A DNA stretch of 64,000 nucleotides from an uncultured Candidatus Saccharibacteria bacterium. Lineage in GTDB: Bacteria; Patescibacteriota; Minisyncoccia; 2-02-FULL-40-12; GWA2-44-9. Numbering within the stretch: the stretch's first letter is position 1; each line of letters begins with the position of its first letter. This document shows, one piece after another, positions 19,898 through 28,959 of this stretch. A program made the translations under genes and the position numbers. The stretch lies in NCBI GenBank assembly GCA_964356795.1, contig CAYHIK010000003.1, positions 19,004-83,003 of the forward strand, given 5' to 3'. Under the pieces are notes generated by a model. It saw only the letters and a program-made list of their open reading frames with translations. It did no database searches and was not told the DNA's origin.

Positions 19898-19924
19898 CTC
19901 ACTTACAATACGAGGAGAAGTGGC

Positions 19925-20653
19925 ATGAAGTGCATTGCGCTTGGTGTATTCGTAAGTGTGTTTGCGGTGAGCGTGGGTGCTCAGGATGAGGTTAAACCAG
20001 CATGGACTGGCAAGCTTGGCGCATCCTACATTGCGAGCTCTGGTAACACCAATAACTCAACGATTGGAGCCTCGGGCGAAGCATCGTGGCTTGTGGGTCA
20101 TTTTGCGTTCTCAACAAAAAGTGAATTCCTGCGGACGACAACAGAGCGTGAGCCGGGCGCTCATCGAGTCAACGTCGTGCTGACAGCTGAGCGTGTTATT
20201 GAGGAGAAGATTGGATTCTTTGCGGAGGGTTCGTATTTCGAAGACCCTCCAGCAGGCACAGAGAGCCAATTTTCTATGAGCGCTGGAGCGGTGAAGCATA
20301 TTATACGCGATAAACGGCGCATACTCGATGCTTCACTCTCGCTCACACACGTCAGAGAGCAAAGGACGGTTGCTCCGCACAGAAACTTCGTAGGCGTGCA
20401 AGCTGGCATCGAATTACAGCGTGAGCAGAACGAGTTTTTGTCGACGGAGCATGCTGCGAGCTATGTGCACGACTTCGTGGATACTCGCAACTGGCGTCTT
20501 CGTGTGTCATCTTCGCTCATCGTAGCGCTGAACCAGCGGCTCGCATTAAAATTCTCAAGCGATATCTATCGGAACAAGCCCGATGTTGGTGGGAGTTCGA
20601 TTGATCGGACGATGATGGCATCGCTGGTGATGCGATGGCCTCCGAAGGAGTGA
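19925..20653 (+). CDS. DUF481/YdiY-like outer-membrane beta-barrel protein
   Basis: Signal peptide, W.G.LGASY..SSGNT signature, alternating beta strands, C-terminal SLVMRW; GAGGAG SD. Confidence 0.75.
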   Translation: MKCIALGVFVSVFAVSVGAQDEVKPAWTGKLGASYIASSGNTNNSTIGASGEASWLVGHFAFSTKSEFLRTTTEREPGAHRVNVVLTAERVIEEKIGFFAEGSYFEDPPAGTESQFSMSAGAVKHIIRDKRRILDASLSLTHVREQRTVAPHRNFVGVQAGIELQREQNEFLSTEHAASYVHDFVDTRNWRLRVSSSLIVALNQRLALKFSSDIYRNKPDVGGSSIDRTMMASLVMRWPPKE

Positions 20654-20657
20654 TTTC

Positions 20658-20684
20658 AACGGCCCTTTCTAGGGCCGTTTTTTT
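20658..20684 (+). terminator. Intrinsic terminator
   Basis: AACGGCCCT-TTCT-AGGGCCGTT followed by T-run. Confidence 0.8.
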
Positions 20685-20721
20685 GTTGGGATATATAAAA
20701 AGAATAGAGTATACTAGGCGC

Positions 20722-21267
20722 ATGAATGCATTTGTTGCGCGGATTGTTGAGGCGATGCCCTCGTTGAGCGCTATCGCGGATCCGCTCCGTAGCCCGCAAT
20801 ATCTACTCGGCATGTGCGTTGTCGTGCTTCTGGTGTTGTATGGATTATCTGTAGGGCGCACGCGGGCGCTCATCTCCCTCCTGGCAATCTATGTTGCGTA
20901 TGTGCTCACTATACTATTTCCGTTTATGAGCGTGCTGGAGAGTCGTCTTCCTTCCGAGATGCGACTCTACGCGTTGCCCGCGCTGTTTCTGGGTCTCTAT
21001 ATCATTTGTTTTTCAATATTGAGCAGTTCATTACTGCGCGCGCGATTACCGGCTGGAGAAATCTCGCTTGTGAAGGTTAGTGTCATTTCGGTTATTCAGC
21101 TCGGACTACTCGCAGCGATGTGCGTCTCCTTGGTGAGTCCCGAGGTTGCATCACGTATGCTGGGGCCGCTCTATCGGTGGCTTGGGGGGCAACAATCAAT
21201 GTGGATATGGACCGTTGTTTCCATACTTATCATGCCATTTATGCGAGCGCACTCGCGAAGAGAATAG
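20722..21267 (+). CDS. Hypothetical membrane protein (CvpA-like topology)
   Basis: Four to five TMs; TATACT 6 nt before ATG. Confidence 0.75.
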   Translation: MNAFVARIVEAMPSLSAIADPLRSPQYLLGMCVVVLLVLYGLSVGRTRALISLLAIYVAYVLTILFPFMSVLESRLPSEMRLYALPALFLGLYIICFSILSSSLLRARLPAGEISLVKVSVISVIQLGLLAAMCVSLVSPEVASRMLGPLYRWLGGQQSMWIWTVVSILIMPFMRAHSRRE

Positions 21268-21321
21268 GAATGCTTGTGGTTTTGCGCGCAGTGCGTACAA
21301 TGACGCAGGGAGGTTGGCGCC

Positions 21322-21441
21322 ATGGAGCATGAAGAGGAGGACATCATCGAGATTGTCGTTGAAGAGACTCCTTCGATTGAGGAGATGCAGCGAGAGATTG
21401 ATCGTGAATACGGTGAAGACTGCGAGCAAAGCCCCCGATGA
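21322..21441 (+). CDS. Acidic 39-aa micropeptide (not in ORF track)
   Basis: MEHEEEDIIEIVVEETPSIEEMQREIDREYGEDCEQSPR; GGGAGG SD, TACAAT upstream, ends in a terminator. Confidence 0.55.
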   Translation: MEHEEEDIIEIVVEETPSIEEMQREIDREYGEDCEQSPR

Positions 21442-21456
21442 TTCGGGGGCTTTTTT
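21428..21456. terminator. Bidirectional intrinsic terminator
   Basis: AAAGCCCCCGA-TGAT-TCGGGGGCTTTTTT. Confidence 0.8.
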
Positions 21457-22021
21457 ATTTCGCTCGTTCGACGTACTGTCCGGTTTCTGTGTTGATGACG
21501 ATATCCTCCCCCTCATCGATGAAGAGGGGAACATTGATGAATGCACCGCAATCGATTTTTACCTGCTTTGAGCCACCCGTTGCGGTGTCGCCACGAATGC
21601 CTGGAGGAGCTTCGACGACTTTGAACGTCATCTTGATGGGCAACGTGATAGTGATGACTTTGTCATTCCACGAGAGCGCTTCGATGTCGGCATTGGGCTT
21701 GAGGAATTGCGCCTGTTCACCGATAAGTTCTTCGGTGAGTAAGAATCGGTCAGCAGGATTCTTCGGGTCGGCAAACCAAAATTCATCACGGTGCTTATAC
21801 AGGAACTTCACGGTGCGACGTGAGACGTCAGCTTCTTCGAAGAAGTCTGATTGCGCAAGATTGCGCTCGAGCACTTTGCCGTTCAGAAGATTGCGCATAC
21901 GCGTTTGCACGACGGGTCGGCGCTGTTGCATCTTCAGGTGATGCGTTTCCAAGACCATGTACGGCTGGTCTTCGTAGATAAAATAGGTTTTCGGTCGCAA
22001 ATCGTTGACGCCAAGTGACAT
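21455..22021 (-). CDS. efp: Elongation factor P
   Basis: PPGIRGDTATGG.K, VPLFI..GE.I.INT..G.YVERA. Confidence 0.95.
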   Translation of the reverse strand: MSLGVNDLRPKTYFIYEDQPYMVLETHHLKMQQRRPVVQTRMRNLLNGKVLERNLAQSDFFEEADVSRRTVKFLYKHRDEFWFADPKNPADRFLLTEELIGEQAQFLKPNADIEALSWNDKVITITLPIKMTFKVVEAPPGIRGDTATGGSKQVKIDCGAFINVPLFIDEGEDIVINTETGQYVERAK

Positions 22022-22099
22022 AGGTGTACGAGGTTATATAAAATACAGCCCGCATATCATAGCAGAAAAGATGGTGAGTGTAAACTCGCCCCTGGGGTA

Positions 22100-23089
22100 C
22101 TATGCGAATTGCTGGCCGATAATGGCCGGATGGCCGTTGAGGAATGTTCGGGCATCTTGGGAGGTCGAGCCCTCGAGTTGGAGCTGTTCGATTTCGATGC
22201 ATCCATCCCCGCACTGAACGAGGAGTTTCTCATTGATGAGTTGCGCGGAGCCGGGTGGCGTAGTCCCTGAATGCTCAGATATGCGGGCACGTGAGATGTT
22301 CAGTGTTTTTCCATTCCATGTGGTCCAGGTGCCTGGATTTGGGCCAAGCGCGCGGATGGTGTTAACGATTGCCTGCGCTGATTTCGTCCAATCAATACGT
22401 CCATCTTCGCGAGTGAATTTGTGGGTTGTAGTGGCGAGTTCGTGGTTTTGTTCTGCGGGAGTTATGCGACCGGCTACATATTCTTTGAGCGTATCGTAGA
22501 GAAGCTCGGCGCCAATGCGAGATAGCTCATCTTCGCAGAGGGTAGCGTCAAACCCCGAGGGTATTTGCCAGGAAGTCGTTGCAAGAATTGGCCCATGATC
22601 CATGAGGGCGTCGAGCTTCATGATGCTCACGCCTGTTGACGCACAGCCGTCGAGGATTGCCGTTTGAATCGGCGACGGTCCACGATATGCTGGCAAGAGT
22701 GATGGATGGACGTTGATGAATCCAAGGTGCGGAATCTTAAGCGCCTCATCGGGGATGATTTTGCCATATGCTACAACGATGCATGCAGTTGGGTTGTATG
22801 CGGCAAGGGCTGATCGGAATGATTCGTCACGAAGTTTCTGCGGTGTGAGCACGGGAATGTTGAGCTCAAGTGCAACGGTGTGCATTGGAGAATGGGTGAG
22901 AATTTTCTTGCGCCCCACCGGTTTATCGGGAGCGGTTATTACGGCTGCAATATCCCAGCCGCTCGCGTGGAGCTTACGAAGTGATGGCACCGCAAATGCG
23001 GGCGTTCCGAAGAATACGAGACGCCGATGCTGTTCGGCTACTTGTATGATTTGCGGTGCAGTAACGGGTGCTGGGATGACGATAGACAT
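22100..23089 (-). CDS. fmt: Methionyl-tRNA formyltransferase
   Basis: FFGTPAFA, VVAYG, NVHPSLLPAYRGPSPI, MDHGPI. Confidence 0.96.
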   Translation of the reverse strand: MSIVIPAPVTAPQIIQVAEQHRRLVFFGTPAFAVPSLRKLHASGWDIAAVITAPDKPVGRKKILTHSPMHTVALELNIPVLTPQKLRDESFRSALAAYNPTACIVVAYGKIIPDEALKIPHLGFINVHPSLLPAYRGPSPIQTAILDGCASTGVSIMKLDALMDHGPILATTSWQIPSGFDATLCEDELSRIGAELLYDTLKEYVAGRITPAEQNHELATTTHKFTREDGRIDWTKSAQAIVNTIRALGPNPGTWTTWNGKTLNISRARISEHSGTTPPGSAQLINEKLLVQCGDGCIEIEQLQLEGSTSQDARTFLNGHPAIIGQQFA

Positions 23090-23092
23090 GTC

Positions 23093-23560
23093 TTAGCGTG
23101 ATTGCTCCGATGCGCGATTCTGAATCGTCATGCCCTGGAGGTGATCAGTTTCGTGCTGGAGGACGCGCGCGAGCATCCCGCGGGCACGAAATTTTATTTT
23201 GGTGCCATGTTCATCGAGGGCCTTGAACATAATCTTCTTTGAGCGATGAATGGGAACCCAGAGCCCTGGAATGGAGAGGCATCCCTCTTCCATCGGTTCA
23301 GTTTCTTTTCCGTACTCTGTAATTTCAGGATTTGCGAATACACTGGGAACTTCGTATTCAGCGGCAAGGCTTTCATCGATAACGAAGAGCGAGATGTGGT
23401 GTCCAAATTGGTTCGCTGCAAGACCGATGCCGTTGTTCTTCTTCATTGCGTCTCTCATGTCGACAATCAACGAAGCAAACTCTCCCTTTTTGAGGGAGTT
23501 CGCAGAAAGTAGGGTGCACGGACTCGAGAGGATTTTGTTGGGGACCTTCGTGAGTGCCAT
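23093..23560 (-). CDS. def: Peptide deformylase
   Basis: GIGLAANQ, EGCLS, QHETDHL. Confidence 0.96.
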   Translation of the reverse strand: MALTKVPNKILSSPCTLLSANSLKKGEFASLIVDMRDAMKKNNGIGLAANQFGHHISLFVIDESLAAEYEVPSVFANPEITEYGKETEPMEEGCLSIPGLWVPIHRSKKIMFKALDEHGTKIKFRARGMLARVLQHETDHLQGMTIQNRASEQSR

Positions 23561-23572
23561 ATTGATATTATC

Positions 23573-25480
23573 TCATGCAATAGAGCGTGGGTCAACATCT
23601 ATACTCCATGGAGGTGGAATGTAGTGAAGTATCTCGCGCAGGCGAGCGGATGAAAGCGTCGTACGGAGAATGATGTGCTGTCGCCAGATGCCATTTGCGT
23701 GCTCGACGAGCGCGGGATTGGGCCCCAAGAGCGTTGTTGTTTTCTGAGCACCGAGCGTCGCTATCACGCGTGAAAGTTTATCCGCTAGGAGCGCGCCCTC
23801 GCGTTGTACGTGGATGCGCTGGGGTGATTTATACGTGAGCTTGATGAGGCGCGCAAATGGTGGCCATTGGAATTGCTTGCGCTGTATGAGTTCGGTTTCA
23901 TAGAATGAGCTCCAATCTCGATTCGCGAGATTACCAATAGGGGATTGCTCTTCTATACTCTGAACGATCATCTCCTTCGGTGTAAAGTCAGCAAGTTTCT
24001 CCAGGTACGCAATAAGTCGCTCTTGAGACCGAAAGTCGGGATGCAATGAGAGCGCATCAAAGGATGGGACAATAATTGTGATGAATGCTCGGGCGTATCG
24101 ATGAGGGAAAATCATTGAAGTGGCGACGAGCATTGGTTGCTCCATATGTTCATACGACTGGAGGATCTCCTGCTCACCGCTTCGTGAACGAACGAGATCT
24201 GAATCAAGTATGGGAATGTTCTGAATCGAAAAGCCGAATCTATCCAAGAGCGACTTGATTCCCGTTGCCAGTTTTTGACTTCCCGGAATGCCTGACGGCG
24301 CATATGCCCCCGCGCGACAGAGTGGGCACTGCCGTGGCACGCGAATAAATGCTGTGCAGTGATAGCACACGAGCATGTCTTCACTTGTGCGGTGCCATCG
24401 CATTGGAATATCGCAGGTAGCGCAAAGGTGCGGGCGCTTGCAGGCGCCGCAGCGCGCGATGGTTGCAAATCCTTTTCGGGGAGACAGGACAAGGAGTGGG
24501 GTGTGTGCCTCGTATGCATCGAGGATTGCTGTTTGTGCGCGTCTTGAGAATAGCGATGTGTTGCCCGCGGCCCGCTCCTCCGGCATGGATACGAATTGCA
24601 CTGTTGGCCAATAGGGCTTTTGGTCAGAGAGCTCAATAGATTTGCGCCCTACTAAATGATGATGCACGGTGCTTTGCGATGGTGTGCACCAGGTGAGTTC
24701 CGCTCCGTATTGTGAGGCAACGAATCGTGCAACATCTGGTGCATTTGTGCGCGGCGACATTTCAGATTTATATGATTCGTTGAGCGGGTCCTCGACGATG
24801 AGGTGCGCGAGTGAATGCCATGGGAACGATAATGCGGTGCGGGTTCCTATGAACACCTCGGGCTTTTCAGAGCGCGTTGATACGTACGCATTAAAATAAT
24901 TCTTTGCTGAAAGTTCGCTATGAATCGTAATTGGGTTTAGGTCGTGCAGGCGATGTGCAATGTGTGAAGCGGTTGTAATGTCGGGAGTAAGAATCAAGAT
25001 GTGTCCCGATGATTTTGACGCTGCCTTCCTGGCTAATAACTCAAACGTATCAGGCTGGGTTAACACGAGCGTACCAACCACACGCTGATTCTCGGATGCA
25101 GGCGCACCAGTATTGAGGGGAAGTTGCAGCTGCTTGCCCCGGCGACCAATAAACGGCGGCGCAACAGTCTTCATCGCTGTCGCGAACGAGCACGCATAAT
25201 ACTCTGAGATCCACTGCGCAAGACGCAGTTGTGCCGATGTGATTTGCGGTGATGCACTTATAATCGAGGAAATCTTTTTGAGTTCAAATGAGGAGCTCTT
25301 CACGGCGAGCTTCACGCGACGGATGTCGTCAGACGAAAGCACTACCGCGGGCACAGTGCGCCGTCCGAGCGAGATGCCAATAATCGCACCAACGGCAATA
25401 TCTTCGGTCCAAAAATAATCGAATACCGATGGGGTGTGAGCAGGAAGGGGGGTCAGCGGTACGGTACGAATGAGGTGCAT
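23573..25480 (-). CDS. priA: Primosomal protein N' (PriA) with degenerate helicase motifs
   Basis: FDY, IGTRTA, PR.G, four CxxC pairs, WPPF, DVDP; position upstream of def-fmt. Confidence 0.9.
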   Translation of the reverse strand: MHLIRTVPLTPLPAHTPSVFDYFWTEDIAVGAIIGISLGRRTVPAVVLSSDDIRRVKLAVKSSSFELKKISSIISASPQITSAQLRLAQWISEYYACSFATAMKTVAPPFIGRRGKQLQLPLNTGAPASENQRVVGTLVLTQPDTFELLARKAASKSSGHILILTPDITTASHIAHRLHDLNPITIHSELSAKNYFNAYVSTRSEKPEVFIGTRTALSFPWHSLAHLIVEDPLNESYKSEMSPRTNAPDVARFVASQYGAELTWCTPSQSTVHHHLVGRKSIELSDQKPYWPTVQFVSMPEERAAGNTSLFSRRAQTAILDAYEAHTPLLVLSPRKGFATIARCGACKRPHLCATCDIPMRWHRTSEDMLVCYHCTAFIRVPRQCPLCRAGAYAPSGIPGSQKLATGIKSLLDRFGFSIQNIPILDSDLVRSRSGEQEILQSYEHMEQPMLVATSMIFPHRYARAFITIIVPSFDALSLHPDFRSQERLIAYLEKLADFTPKEMIVQSIEEQSPIGNLANRDWSSFYETELIQRKQFQWPPFARLIKLTYKSPQRIHVQREGALLADKLSRVIATLGAQKTTTLLGPNPALVEHANGIWRQHIILRTTLSSARLREILHYIPPPWSIDVDPRSIA

Positions 25481-25596
25481 ACACCTATTCAATCATATGA
25501 GTGCAAATACGCACGCATTGACGAGCGGTGTCTCGGGTTGTGTTATGTGTAGTTCGTGCAATTGCCGGGGCCGGCATTTTTCGATACCATAGACAC

Positions 25597-26901
25597 ATGA
25601 ATGTAAAAGTTCGCATTGCACCATCCCCAACGGGTAATTTACACATCGGGACCGCTCGAACAGCGCTGTTCAATTGGCTTTTTGCGCGCCACCATGGTGG
25701 TGAATTTATCGTACGCATCGAAGATACGGATATCGAGCGCTCGAAGCCTGAGTTCGAGCAAAATATTGTCGACGGGCTGAAGTGGCTCGGACTAGATTGG
25801 GACAACGAGTCTCTTATTCGTCAGAGTGAGCGACTTCCCGTGTATCGTAAGTATCTCGAGCAGATGCTCGCAGATGGAAGTGCATACTGGCGGGTGTACA
25901 CCGAAGCTGAGCAGGTGGAAATGACCCGAGAGGGCCGCACCGCACGAGACAGGGTTATCTGCCTCACGGAAGACGAGAACCCACTTCGCGCAATCTCATT
26001 CCATGATGAAATTCGCGGTGATGTTTCCGTGGAGGTTCGCCACATCGGTCAGGTGGTACTCGCGAAGGATCTCGACACTCCGCTCTATAATTTCGCAGTT
26101 GTTGTCGATGATGTTGATATGGAAATCACCGACGTTATTCGAGGCGAGGATCATATTAGCAACACACCCAAGCAGCTCCTCATCTACGAGGCGCTCCACG
26201 CTACGCCTCCACGTTTTGCGCACCTCCCATTAATCCTTGGATCAGACAAGAGCAAGATGTCAAAACGTCACGGCGCAACAAACATCGCAGACTATCAGAG
26301 GGATTATCTTCCTGATGCGCTCATTAATTTTATGGGCTTACTTGGATACACCTATGAACCCGAACTGCTGTCTCGCGAGGAAATGATCGCTCAGTTTGAT
26401 TTGAAGAAGGTGCATAAATCTGGGGCAATTTTTGATGAGCGTAAGTTGAATTGGATGAATGCGCAGTATATCCGCCAACTTTCAACTGAGGACTTCAAGC
26501 GGCGCACGGGATTACATGCGGTATCTGACCAAGCGGTTCCATTGATTGTCGAGCGACTTGAGAAGCTCACCGATACTCAGCAATTCCGGTATCTCTGGGA
26601 GGCCACAGAATATGATTCTAGCTTATTGCGCTGGAAGCAAGACAGTGACGAATCCACAATTCGCGCCCTTACCGCGTGTCGCGACTTGGCGCTTCAGGGC
26701 TCCCTCAATAGCAGTGCGCTTGATCAGCTCGCCGTTAATTCGTTCGTAGGGAGCAAGGGCTCGGTGTACTGGCCACTTCGCGTTGCTCTTTCGGGGTCTG
26801 CGCAAAGTGCGGGTCCGCTTGATATCGCCGTTGCGATTGGATCAGAACAGACTATGAGTCGAATCCAAGCAGCATTACGCGCGCTGGGAGTCGAAGTATA
26901 A
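25597..26901 (+). CDS. gltX: Glutamate--tRNA ligase
   Basis: RIAPSPTG.LHIG, RIEDTD, VIRGEDH, KMSKR. Confidence 0.97.
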   Translation: MNVKVRIAPSPTGNLHIGTARTALFNWLFARHHGGEFIVRIEDTDIERSKPEFEQNIVDGLKWLGLDWDNESLIRQSERLPVYRKYLEQMLADGSAYWRVYTEAEQVEMTREGRTARDRVICLTEDENPLRAISFHDEIRGDVSVEVRHIGQVVLAKDLDTPLYNFAVVVDDVDMEITDVIRGEDHISNTPKQLLIYEALHATPPRFAHLPLILGSDKSKMSKRHGATNIADYQRDYLPDALINFMGLLGYTYEPELLSREEMIAQFDLKKVHKSGAIFDERKLNWMNAQYIRQLSTEDFKRRTGLHAVSDQAVPLIVERLEKLTDTQQFRYLWEATEYDSSLLRWKQDSDESTIRALTACRDLALQGSLNSSALDQLAVNSFVGSKGSVYWPLRVALSGSAQSAGPLDIAVAIGSEQTMSRIQAALRALGVEV

Positions 26902-28145
26902 TGAAGAATTCTGTACGTACGATAATTATTATAGCTGGAGTCATCGGATTTCTCTCCGGTTCGATGGTGCACGCAGAAACGGCTGACGAAACGCGCATAA
27001 AACAGCTTCAACTGCAGTACGACGCGCTTGAGCGCGAGGCGGCCCAGAAGCGCGCCGTTATTGCCACAACGCGTGAGCAGGCTGATTCGTTGAAAAAGGA
27101 GATTACCATTATTCAAAATCAGATCGGTGCAGTTCAAGCACAAATTGGATCAACAGCGGCGAGCATAGAGAAGACGCGCCTCACTATTGATGGTGTTCAA
27201 AATCAAATAAGCCTCAAGCGCGCCGAGATGAGTCGAAAGCGCGATACCGTCGGGCGAATGATTGCGTTCCTTGATCAACGAGATCGAGAGCAACTTATCG
27301 CAAGCCTTTTCAAGTATGCTGACCTCTCCTCGTTTGTACAGCAATTTCACGACCTCGCTATAGTGCAGAAGAAGCTCTTCTCTATTATTAACGAAATTAA
27401 AGTCGCAAAAGCCTCTCTTGAAGACGATAAGCAGGTTCTCGAGGATCAAGAGGCAGAGCTTGAGCATCTCAACGATATAGCGCTCCAGCGTAAACAACAA
27501 CTTGCTGGCGTGAAGGGTGAGCGTGATCGCGTGTTGAGTATAACCAAGGGCCAAGAGGTGCAATATCAAAAACAACTCGCTACTATCGAAAAGCAAAAAT
27601 CGCAGCTTTTCAAAGAGCTTCGTGAGTTGGAGTTAAAAGTGGTATCGGGCGGACTCTATATTGTACACATCAAGGCGGATAACGTTCCACCGCGTGGCAC
27701 AAAAATTTTTCAGAAACCCGAAGACGATGCCTATGTGACGCAGGGATACGGCATGACGGCGTACGCAAGGAGGGGAGCGTATGGCGGCGCACCTCATAAT
27801 GGGGTTGATGCTTCTGCGGGATACGGGTCCCCCATTAAAGCGATCGGGGACGGAAAGATTGTTGCGAATGGGACAAATAGCGGCTGGGGCAATTGGATTG
27901 CAATACAGCACCCCAATAATATGGTCTCCGTATATGGCCACATGAGCTCTCTGGCGCCCCTCAAGGTTGGCACCGCAGTAGCTGTTGGGCAAACAATTGG
28001 CTACGAGGGCTCAACTGGCAATTCGACAGGTTCCCACCTCCACCTATCACTCTACAAGGAGTTTTTCACGTATTTGCGCGAAAAGGATAACCAACTCTAC
28101 TTCAACTACTTTGAAGGCACGGTAAATCCCGCGGACTATTTATAG
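26901..28145 (+). CDS. Secreted coiled-coil M23 peptidoglycan endopeptidase (EnvC/PcsB-like)
   Basis: Signal peptide, long coiled coil, HNGVD, YGH, GNSTGSHLH. Confidence 0.92.
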   Translation: MKNSVRTIIIIAGVIGFLSGSMVHAETADETRIKQLQLQYDALEREAAQKRAVIATTREQADSLKKEITIIQNQIGAVQAQIGSTAASIEKTRLTIDGVQNQISLKRAEMSRKRDTVGRMIAFLDQRDREQLIASLFKYADLSSFVQQFHDLAIVQKKLFSIINEIKVAKASLEDDKQVLEDQEAELEHLNDIALQRKQQLAGVKGERDRVLSITKGQEVQYQKQLATIEKQKSQLFKELRELELKVVSGGLYIVHIKADNVPPRGTKIFQKPEDDAYVTQGYGMTAYARRGAYGGAPHNGVDASAGYGSPIKAIGDGKIVANGTNSGWGNWIAIQHPNNMVSVYGHMSSLAPLKVGTAVAVGQTIGYEGSTGNSTGSHLHLSLYKEFFTYLREKDNQLYFNYFEGTVNPADYL

Positions 28146-28171
28146 AAAACAGCCTCCCGTGGGAGGCTGTT
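28146..28171. terminator. Bidirectional terminator
   Basis: AACAGCCTCCC-GT-GGGAGGCTGTT. Confidence 0.7.
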
Positions 28172-28194
28172 GGGTATTTAAGTGAGAGGTTAGC

Positions 28195-28476
28195 TCACTC
28201 CGTTCCGTCATCTCTGGACGGATTACGATTCTGGAAGATCACATACGGGTCCCAGACCGTGATCTCGCCAACAGGATCCGCCTGCTCTGGATCCATGATC
28301 CTTGCCGTTAGCGTGATTTCGAATTCAGCATACAGTCCACTCTCCGCAAGCTCGCGTGAGAGCCTATCCGCCAAAATCTCGCCCGCGTCAGTCATTAGCT
28401 TGCGGGAGTCGCCCGCCAACCGAAAGAGTGTGCTCGATGGGTGCTCTTTTGGCTGTGGCCCGGTCTGTTTGGCCAT
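28195..28476 (-). CDS. Hypothetical protein (orphan cassette)
   Basis: GAGGTG SD, TTGTCT-17-TATTAT promoter. Confidence 0.65.
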   Translation of the reverse strand: MAKQTGPQPKEHPSSTLFRLAGDSRKLMTDAGEILADRLSRELAESGLYAEFEITLTARIMDPEQADPVGEITVWDPYVIFQNRNPSRDDGTE

Positions 28477-28924
28477 GGTTCACCTCATACCTATAATACA
28501 ACAAATTAATGATATAGACAAGCGCTCGAACAGGGGAGTGGGGTAAGTAACGAAATACGCGTAACGTGAAAAATTGGCATACGAAGTCTGTGGGACAGTT
28601 TCGAGTGATGCTACAAACGTTTCGCTGTGTCGCATATCTGTGTGGCGATTCATACCAGATGCGTGCTCATTGATGGAACTTTTTAAATCAAAAAAATCGA
28701 ATCAAGAGCTACGCATGAATGAAGAGAGAATTGTGAGTCATCCCTCCATGGATGGAAGGAGGGGGTTAGGTCTGACGGTGATAAGAATGGGATTATTCCA
28801 ATTTTGGCCTAACTCCAAAAGCCCATTTTTTAAGGTATTAATAGGGGATTTACTTAGTTATCATGTCTCATAATCTACATTGTACGACGTAATGTAGATG
28901 AGCGATAAGGCCTCCCCCGTAAAG

Positions 28925-28954
28925 AAAAAGACACACGGCCTTCCGTGTGTCTTT
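28925..28954 (-). terminator. Intrinsic terminator
   Basis: AAAGACACACGG-CCTT-CCGTGTGTCTTT. Confidence 0.8.
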
Positions 28955-28959
28955 GCGTG

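Noticed and set aside
28574-28873. 99-aa ORF in the AT-rich island
   Set aside because: TTG start with no SD or -10 at the usual spacing, atypical composition and no motif; more likely spurious
28530-28920. tmRNA, RNase P RNA or oriC
   Set aside because: No tRNA-like ends or tag frame, no GAGGAAAGUCC RNase P motif, and no cluster of TTATCCACA boxes found on either strand
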